Source of the DNA: Lama glama
Lineage: Eukaryota
DNA length: 64,000 nucleotides
NCBI GenBank assembly: GCA_028534125.1
Contig: CM052817.1
Location: 58,158,001 to 58,222,000 of the forward strand
Reading direction: 5' to 3'
The notes below the pieces were generated by a model. That model did no database searches and was not told where the DNA came from. It worked only from the letters and a program-made list of their open reading frames with translations. Position numbers and translations under genes: made by a program. Shown here in pieces: positions 55,925-64,000 of the stretch; within the stretch, counting starts at the first letter, position 1; every line of letters starts with the position of its first letter.

Positions 55925-56640
55925 TTTTTTTTAATGTTTACTGTATTCTGGGCATTTTTCTGGGTGCTAGGGTACAGTAGAGAGCAAGACAGGTGAAGTC
56001 GCTGCCCGTGTGGCTTTCATACTGCTGTCTGGAGAGGCAAACAGTAGGCAAGTAAGCGAATAGGTTAGGAAGGCCGTTTGAGAGGTGAGTACATTGAAGT
56101 GGGCATGTAGGGACTGGCGCGACATGTGCTTAAACAGAGTGATGAGTTAGGGGAACTAACCAATTTGATACAGAGAGTGATCTGAAAGTCCCAGTGATGA
56201 GGTGAAGTTTGAAATGAAATCTGAATAACAAGATGGAGCCAGCCATATACAAATGCAAGAGCGGGGGTTGAGCGGGGGTTTCCTGGGTTGGCAAGAGTGA
56301 ATAATAAGGCCCTAAGGCCCTAATGTCTTGCTGTGGTCAATAGAAAAAAGGGCTAATGTGACTAAGACAGATCAAGCAAGGAGGATAACCTGCTGTAAGA
56401 TTAAAGAGGTAGGACTTTGGCAAATGTATGTAATTTATTTGGATTTAAATCTAATGGCAAGTCTTCCAAAACCTTTAAGTGAGAGGACGACAGAGATATT
56501 TTTTAATAAAACAAGAAAAAAATCATTTTTAATATGCAGTAAAGATTGTGGAGGACAGTGACAGAAGCGAGGAGTCAGTTGTAGACATTTGAGTTGTCTT
56601 GGCAAGAGATGATGGTTACTAAGTAGGAGTTTGGTCATAA
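55925..56640 (-). mobile_element. L2 3' portion
   Basis: ctgggtgctagggtacagtagagagcaagacagg...tctgaataacaagatggagccagccat. Confidence 0.8.
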
Positions 56641-56959
56641 CTGTGAGTATAGTTCTCTGGAAAAATGAGGTGTTCTAACACTGTAAGTAATTTTTTTTGT
56701 AAATTCAGTAAAATGCATTCCTTTAAGGAAACATTGAGTGCTATAACTGATTTGGTGCAGGTGGTTGACTCAGGGGGAAAAAAAAAAGCCCATTAAGATA
56801 AATATATCACAAATGGAGACCCCAAATGCAGGTAAATACTTTGGAGGCAGAAGAAACATTTAAAAATTTGTCTGAAAAAATGAAATAAAATATAAATTTA
56901 TTTTAGATGATGATTACAATGATGGCTTCAATGCAAGGAATGGGTAAAGAATGATAAAG

Positions 56960-57369
56960 TGTTGTTTTGGGGAAGCAACTTTACAGACATAAGGATAACA
57001 ATAGAAATATGCAACAGCTTCAATTCACACTTGAGTTTTTGAGCACCATCATAAAGAGGAGCTCTTGTAAAAAATATGCTTGAGGGCTGATTTCATCAAT
57101 TTCTTCAAGGGCGTAATCTGTGATATTCAAAGAATTTTTTTTTCTTGTACAAATTCTCTAGCTATCCTTTACAAGTTTTTCTTCTCTAATTCTATATCTT
57201 ACAGTTCTGGTTTGTCAGTGGTTTTGTGTGTGTTTTGAGCAGTTTTCTACCTCACTTTTGTGAATTTAGTGGAATTCTACAATTTTTGCATGCTCTGTCA
57301 TTTCACTTTGGAATTTATTGCATTTTGGTTGCATTGCATTTTTGGTTGTTTTCAGTAAAAATCTAACCC
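56960..57369 (-). pseudogene. Candidate fossil exon
   Basis: Acceptor aatgttttcag|gg; purine-rich; EKKNL*RIAREFVQEKKIL*ISQITPLKKLMKSALKHIFYK resembles helices 2-3. Confidence 0.4.
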
Positions 57370-57714
57370 CTGAAAACATTGACATAATTTCTGGGAAGTC
57401 ATCCTAGTATTAACCGAGATGTGAAATTTTATTGACTATTAATTTTATAAAAGGTTAGTATATTACAGAATATATTTGTGTTAGGATCATTTTTGTTGCC
57501 CTATACATCATCAACTAACAAGATTAGAACTAACAAGAACATCTTTAATATTGTGATACTTTCCTGTATACTGGAATGTTTTCTGTAGTTTTTTGGTGTG
57601 TTTCTAAACTTTCTTTCTCTCCATTGTATACATTCAATACACGTATGTATTGTATGCATGTATACACTGAATAATATATACATAGCTGTCTAGCACACTA
57701 TTTTGTAGCACACT

Positions 57715-58031
57715 ATATTTTGCTTCAGAGTTTGGATGGTGCTCAGGATGTCTGAGTTCACTAGAACACTTCTAGATAATCAAACATTTCTATCTATCTG
57801 AGCATTTAATATTCCTCTCAAGAATATTGTTGTCTTGATCATTCTTAACTTAAGGTTTTTTGTTTTTTCATACTCTGAGTTGATATATTAATTCTGAATT
57901 TATTCCTTCAGAAAAGAAGTCCCTTCATACATTCCAGATTACATTTTTTCACTAAACTTAATCCATTTTTTTTCTGATATCCTTGTTTATTCCCCTTATT
58001 TTAAATAAAGGACTTAATTTCTCTTCCATCT
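57715..58031 (-). pseudogene. Fossil exon encoding helices 2-3 and terminal W-x-x-F motif
   Basis: Acceptor gtattcttattgtttatag|ag. MEEKLSPLFKIRGINKDIRKK / KKWIKFSEKM*SGMYEGTSFLKE*IQN*YINSEYEK / NIKCSDR* / EMFDYLEVF. Confidence 0.65.
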
Positions 58032-58141
58032 CTATAAACAATAAGAATACTTTAAAAATAACATTTAATAAAGAATAGTCTTGTATTTCAGACAGTTTCT
58101 ATTTTATAGTCTTTAACTTTTGAACAGATGGACCTTTATGG

Positions 58142-58424
58142 GTTTATACTGAGGAGAAAAGGATATGACCTACTTGTCATCTCTTACTTGACCGTTTTTA
58201 AGTTCTTGAAGTAATTAAACCAAAATTAATACAATTGGTATATAATAATTTACCGAAATAACTAAATATATTATATTGCCCTGGCAATATGTGCAGTTGT
58301 AATTATTTTGGTATAATTATTATATACCAATTGTATTAATTTTGGTTTAATTACTTTAAGAACTTAAAAAATGGTCAAATAAGAGATGACAAATAGTTCA
58401 TATCTTTTTCTCTTCAGCATAAAC
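58142..58424. repeat. 283-bp near-perfect palindrome
   Basis: Outer ~122-bp arms differ at about 12 positions and include a 42-bp perfect stretch; centre atattgcc-ct-ggcaatat (58273-58290). Confidence 0.98.
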
Positions 58425-58641
58425 TTACTTTATAAATTAAATTTTATCAATTTTATCTTTCAAACTTTTTTTGAATGGATTTCAAGATAGATCGTTATAT
58501 TAAAAAGCTGCATTGAAGAAAGATTATTTTAGCATTTAAAATAATACATATTTTATAATATATAAATGTATATATTTATTTCCATATATGCATATTAGAG
58601 TTAGATGACAGTTATAACTAATCAGATACTTAGAAACTAAC

Positions 58642-58708
58642 CTGGTGAATTTGTAATAAATATTTAATCTCACCAGTGTAAAATTAGATTGGTTACTAAT
58701 ATTTTTTC
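58642..58708 (-). pseudogene. Fossil micro-exon encoding helix 1
   Basis: tttctatcattatattcaag|ga ... caccag|gttagt. GKNISNQSNFT then (1-nt shift) GEIKYLLQIHQ matches NFT-x-x-E-x-x-x-L-L. Confidence 0.5.
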
Positions 58709-58749
58709 CTTGAATATAATGATAGAAAATAAAATATGTTCTTCGTTGA

Positions 58750-59319
58750 CTGCATCAAGTAATTTTAAAGGCATGTCTGCCCATATTGCTTAATTTTTTT
58801 TAAATGCCAGTGAAAGAAGCTATCAGAAATTAAAATCAAATATTCTGTGTTCTACTATGAGGTCATGTCCAGGGTTAGTTCAAAATCAAATGTATCCTTC
58901 TTAGTTTAGTCAGGAGAGGGTATTTCCTACTTAGTGCTGAATCCAGCTGTTTTACTCTATGAAATAGTAATTATGTGATATTAAGGATAAGAATCTCTTT
59001 TACAGCACTTCCATAAGAGAAATAATTTTGTCATCATTGTACTTCGTTTTCTTGATTGAATAGTTACATAGAATAAAATGCACTGCCATCTTCCAACGAT
59101 CGCAACCTGAGGCTCTGATTAAATACTTCTGTTAAAATCTTACAGTATTTTTAGTCTTCCAAATACAGTCCCAGTTCTGCTTCAAGCCTTCAGATATTTT
59201 GCAGCAAGGTACTTCATTGGCTCTTCAGTAGCCCTAGATATTTGGACGCTGATCTTTTAACATTCAGCTTTAAATTATTTCACTTATGACCTTAGCGAAA
59301 TATTTAAAACTGCAATCAC
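58750..59319 (-). pseudogene. Fossil exon with about two Myb/SANT-like repeats
   Basis: Acceptor gctgtgttttatcag|gt. SQ*STLLQNI*RLEAELGLYLED*KYCKILTEVFNQSLRLRSLEDGSAFYSM ... KLFSLMEVL, then PWT..NTEYLILISDSFFHWHLKK / *AIWADMPLKLLDA across frameshifts. Confidence 0.55.
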
Positions 59320-59449
59320 CTGATAAAACACAGCTCTAATAAATATAGTAATTATTATTATAATGGAATTGACAAGGATCATCATCATTCATATTCAGAT
59401 TTCAATATTTCAGGTTATATGATTCAGTATAAAGATATTGAAGCAAACT

Positions 59450-59808
59450 CTTAATTCCAAACTCCTAATTTATCCCTCCCCACTCTCCTGTCCCCTTTGG
59501 TAACCATAGTTTTTTTCTGTGTCTCTGAGTCTGTTTCTGGTTTGTAAATAAGTTTATTTGTATCTTTTTCTTTAGATTAAGAGTTTGGGATTAACATATT
59601 ATACACTTCTATTTATAAAATGGATAAACAACAAGGACCTACTATACAGCAGAGGGAAATATATTCAATATTTTGTAATAACCTACAAGGGAAAAGAATC
59701 TGAAAAAGAATATATATGCATGTATTTGTATAATTGAATCACTTTGTTGTACACCTGAATCTAACACAACATTGTAAATCAGCTATACTTCAATTAAAAG
59801 AAAAAGAA
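59450..59808 (+). mobile_element. Short L1 3' end with 5' inversion
   Basis: 59450-59578 antisense 3'UTR joined to sense 3'UTR 59579-59808; ~15 nt (gagtttgg(a/g)attaa) present in both segments. Confidence 0.88.
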
Positions 59809-60169
59809 ATTTTGCCAAGAAAACAAAGAAGATTATGGCTGTCTGAAGCCCTGGGCAAGATAATTGACTTTCTTTTTTATGTCTAGAACACTATAATAAA
59901 AAGTGAATTTTCAAAAAAAAAAAACACTGTTAAACAATGTCCTTCTTACAGGAAATACTTCTGTATCTACAGAGATCATAAAGATTTATCAGTGTGTAAT
60001 GTGAAGGGAATTTTTCTTATTCACTTGTGCAAATGAAAAATGTAAAAGGAATATATACTAAAAAAAGTATTGAAACAAATCTCAAAAAAAACATAAAATC
60101 AATCCTCCCCTCCCTCTCCTATCCCTCCCTGCCTTGCTTCTTTCCTTCCTTCATAATTATCATTACAGA

Positions 60170-60451
60170 TCTTATTAATAAATGTCATTATGTAATTCAG
60201 TGACTGCCATATGACTTAGAAAACTCATGAAATTATTTCCTCTACATTGTTTATTAATAATTGTTGACTTCAAGTCTGTATAATATTGTCATCTATATAT
60301 TCCAGAAAGATTTTTAAATTAGGATTCTTAATCTGATCATTTTCCTTTACAGAATTTATTTTACAGTCATGAATTTTTTATGCTAATCACAAAAACAAAT
60401 TCATGTAGTTAATCTAACACAGCAACATCTATTATCATGATGCATTATCTC
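60170..60451 (-). pseudogene. Candidate fossil exon (helix-3-like fragment)
   Basis: Acceptor atgtattcag|; purine-rich on minus; ENDQIKN and FKNLSGIYR in adjacent frames. Heavily degraded; 3' boundary uncertain. Confidence 0.3.
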
Positions 60452-61174
60452 CTGAATACATATAACTTTGCCTCTTTATTGAAAAACACATTCTGAAGTC
60501 ACACTCAAAACACGAGGGAAATTATTTCTATCCTATAATCCAACTTAGTAGAAGTAGTAATTTCCTCTTTTGCACTAAGTCAGGGCACAGAAATAATACT
60601 CCCAGGGACAAGAAATACTGTATATTGAAGGGAAAGAGGGAAGGAGGCATCTGTGCGTCTGACATTCTTTCTGGTTGGTTGTTGGGTCTTAGCATTGTGA
60701 TGGGAGTAGAGAAGATGGTCCTTGGGTTAGATAGCCCTCCCTTCATTTTTAAGAGTAATGCAAATTAAAAGCATTTGTAGGTGGATACTAACTCATTTAT
60801 GTTTTTAGGATGTTGAATCCAGTTAATCCAACTCTTTTTCATCAGTTTGTGTCCAGACTCCCCACTGTCCCTACCTCCCACCTCATCTGACTTTGAGAAT
60901 TTGTCTTGGAGTAGAGCTTTATCCAAACTTCAAGGAAGAACATTGGGGAGGGCACATGAGACTTCTCTTCAACTTGGTAGGTTCATGTCATTGGGTATGG
61001 AAGTCATGGTGGCAAACAATAAAAACTACCAGAGATTTGTAGAGTATTGGACTTTAAAAAAAGGTTCAATAAAAACACATTTAATCTTTTGCATACTATG
61101 TACAATACTTTGTATTATTTAATCATTATGTTTGCTTGAACAGATGTTATCGCATCTGTTTGCTGTTGAGGAAA

Positions 61175-61330
61175 CTAGGACATGAAAAGATAAAGTGGTA
61201 GGGAAGGGAGGGATGAAAAGGCAGAACCCAGAGGATATTTAGGGCTGTAAAAATACATTGTATGATACCATAATGATAGATAAGTGTCATTATAAATTTG
61301 TCCAAATCCATAGAACTGCAGAGCACATTA
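61175..61330 (+). mobile_element. L1MC-type 3'UTR fragment
   Basis: cagaggatatttagggctgtaaaaatac...tgtcattataaatttgtccaaatccatagaa. Confidence 0.8.
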
Positions 61331-61650
61331 AGAGTTCTGGGCAAAACTGAATGGCCATCAGTGGTCTTTAACCTAAAACTATAGCTTTAATAATTTTATA
61401 ATATTCTAGCCCACAACTTAGGATATTTCAACATTTTTTTATTATTGAGTTTTTATGTGTCTCCTCAATCTTTGATGCTGTAGCAGAAAATGTCCTTAGA
61501 AGTGTTTTCTAACTCAAATTGCATTGACAAATTGTCTTTCATGAATTCAGAGCTGAGGAAAAGGAAGAGGAGAAGAGAGTAAGAGAGCTGCTTTGAAAAC
61601 AGGAGCTGATAGGATATAGGTCAAGGAAGTGAAAATTTGATGTCTTTGAT

Positions 61651-61913
61651 CAGTGGTTGGCAAGTCACCACTTTAATAGCCTCAGGGTTTTTTAGTAAGA
61701 GTAAGTTTATACCTGAGAGAGCCCAGGTTATTGTGGAGAATCCACAGCACATAGGTTGCCAATTTTCCCTCCATTGCCCCATCACACATTAAATTCTATT
61801 ATGGCAGTTCTTCCTGCTAAGCTTGGATGGACGTCACAACGATCCTCAGTACTCCACTCCAAGTAGGCCTGCTAACTAAGTTGAGCATCAGATGAAACCT
61901 GTTTCCCATTTTG
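61651..61913. mobile_element. Old hAT(Charlie)-like non-autonomous element
   Basis: cagtggttggcaag...agatgaaacctgtttcccat degenerate termini. Confidence 0.45.
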
Positions 61914-63046
61914 GGTGGTGTGATCCAATCATGACTGGGATGTATAAAACTTAGGTTAATATAGAGGTAAAGGTGCTTATATTCTGCTGGGTGCTTGTGT
62001 TCTGACGTTTTCTAGAATGAAAATAAGTAGACTATATGCAATTAGTTTTAGAAATAGAAAGATACCAATCCACTATGTGGATAAGAATGTGGATCACGTA
62101 CCAATCCACTATGAAAGCCAAAGTATGGCATCTAAGGCTAAAGGCCCCTAATGTTCATCATATACTGGAAGGAGTAGCCATCTAGCAGTGATTCAGCTTG
62201 AAAAACAAAGTTTCCTAGGAAGATACTGGAATTCTCAAGATGAAGTAGATAAATCGAACAGAAATTGTATCAGAGATTAGCACACTACCTCTGGCATTCC
62301 CATGAAGACAAATCTTTAGTTAGATTTTTTCTGCTTCTTGCTATACTCTTCTCCAATTTTTTTTTTTCATTATGTGGAGGTATCTGGGACATATCAGGAC
62401 ACACCAGCAAAGAGAAATGGTTCCCTATTCAACTGTCTAGTGTGTGGAGAGCTATACCTACCCACCTACTGCTTTTAGCAATTACTGTAATCCCTAGGCT
62501 GTGATATGGTAAAATGTTTTAGAAACCCACCCTCTAAATATGACTTGCTCTTTGAAGTAGCTGTGGCTTGTATTAATGTGTGCTAAGAATGAAAAGTGTG
62601 TAATGGTTTAAAATTGGGGCATGTGACTTGTGAAATCTAGTAAACTGTTAAGAATTTATTATGAAATCAATCTCTGAGATTTTCTTTGCCAAGGTAATCT
62701 AAGCAGAAATTTGAAAATTCTCATGCTATATGAAAATGGTAAGAGTCAAGGGACTTTTTTCCAAGAAAATTTGTAGCAGGGAGGGTCATAAATACTCTTC
62801 AGAAGCCCATGTTAAGAAAATATAAAGTAAAAAGGGATTTGCTAAACAATCTGAAGAAAAACAAATTCTGAGGAGATGGTAAAAGGAGATCACAAACTCA
62901 CCAAACTTATTAAAGTTATTTTCCATATTTCAAGAATCTGAAGACTGAAAGAGTAAAGCTACTATTCAAATCTGGTGGACAAATTATGATAATGAATCTT
63001 TTGGCCTCTGGAAAACATTTTCCTGAACAAATGATGAAGTCGTATC

Positions 63047-63140
63047 ACCCCTATCTCTCCCTCCCTCCCTCTGTCTCCTTTTCTCCTTCCTTTCCTTCCT
63101 TCTCTCTCTCCCCTGCTTTCTTTTATTCTTTTTTTTTTTT
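63047..63140. repeat. Polypyrimidine low-complexity tract
   Basis: ~90 nt almost entirely C/T ending in poly-T. Confidence 0.9.
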
Positions 63141-64000
63141 AATTCACAAGGGCTAATTGAACTATACACTAAACATGATTCTCTTCTGGATAGAAGAGAG
63201 GGAAGGGAATAGGAAGACTGAGCTGTTCCTTATTACGTAAAGGCTGAACCTTCCCCCTTGATAAATGGGGCTCTGTTTTTGAGGGTCGGGGTCTATGGAC
63301 TCCTAAAAGATAACCAAGAAGGTAGAAATCTAGAGGCGATAAACCGCACCTAACCTAGGACCTCATTTATATTTGCATATAAATTTCCCAAATATCCTCT
63401 AGCCTTCAATGAGAGTTATCAGAGTTTTCCCTTGCCAAGTTAGAAAATTAGAATAAGTAAGCCAGATTCTTCTGACATGTGAGAATGTCTTTAACCTATT
63501 AACCTAAATATTTTATCACACTGGTGGAAGAGCCATTGGAACACTTCCAATAAAGTGGAGATAAAACCTTAGAGTCATGTTTCAGCATGGATTATTATCT
63601 TAGCAGTTTCATTCTTGTTGCTTTGCAAACCATATGGTCACATTACACAGCCCAGTTTTTGTTAAAATTTATTTTGAAATTAAATAGGCCCAAAACATTT
63701 GAAATCATACTGATATTTGCGTAGTATTTTCCATGTTGAAAAATATTTTAAACACAATGATCCTTTTTGCTTACTCAACAAATCTAGCTGTGTGGTAGTA
63801 TGGATGTTAAGAATTTTCTGCATATTTTATGTGTATTTTTGACTATTGCTGATTTGGGTTAAATAGCTTCTCTCTCCCCACTTCCCTAGCCCAGATAATG
63901 CCTTTTATTTACCTCTTAATTAGAAAATAGAGGGAAAAAAAACATAATCATGACTAGTAAAGCATTTCATGGGAATAAATCACTGAAATTCTCAAGTCTG

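Larger units (their letters stand above)
4170..60451 (-). pseudogene. Fossil multi-exon gene encoding tandem Myb/SANT-like (trihelix/MADF-type) repeats; span may extend beyond these limits
   Basis: At least 12 separate minus-strand segments in non-repeat DNA translate to pieces of the same helix1/helix2/helix3/W-x-F-F motif. Most start at a polypyrimidine-AG, many end at GT(A/G)AG, and stops often fall where Trp/Arg/Gln is expected (TGG>TGA/TAG, CGA>TGA, CAA>TAA). Manual translation only. Confidence 0.7.

Noticed and set aside
60786..60977. + strand exon with TACTAAC branch point and gtaggt donor
   Set aside because: All three frames contain stops; no other support.
1..64000. CRISPR arrays, operons or other prokaryotic systems
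   Set aside because: Sequence is mammalian; no regularly spaced repeats.

Overview
AT-rich mammalian DNA, almost certainly camelid: a Vic-1-type tRNA-derived SINE with a 16-bp target-site duplication (TSD) sits at 34843-34990, alongside several young L1 3' ends. I found no intact protein-coding exon, RNA gene or CRISPR array, and the supplied ORFs are chance or repeat-derived except where noted. A large part of the window is interspersed repeat (L1, L2, L3/CR1, MIR, MLT/LTR16/LTR41-like LTRs, MER33/MER5/MER94/MADE2). T/G excess on + and mostly minus-oriented long L1s suggest an intron of a large + strand gene, which is inference. The main observation is in the non-repeat gaps. On the minus strand, about 15-20 decayed exons spread from roughly 60.5 kb to 4.2 kb, many with recognisable splice sites and mostly phase-1. 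Hand translation repeatedly gives the motif W-[TS]-x-x-E-x-x-x-L-L ... W-x-x-I-[SA]-x-x-L ... [RK]-T-x-x-Q-C-x-x-K-[FY]-x-x-L-x-x-x-Y ... W-x-[FY]-F-x-x-[ML]. That is the Myb/SANT-like (trihelix/MADF-type) repeat, pointing to a fossil multi-exon gene with a long array of such domains. This comes from manual three-frame translation across stops and frameshifts and needs HMM/tBLASTn confirmation. Other notable structure: a 283-bp and an 82-bp fold-back palindrome, two twin-primed inverted L1s, an L1 3' transduction, and an unassigned solo LTR. Repeat subfamily names are from memory of consensus sequences, and repeat boundaries are approximate unless a TSD is quoted.
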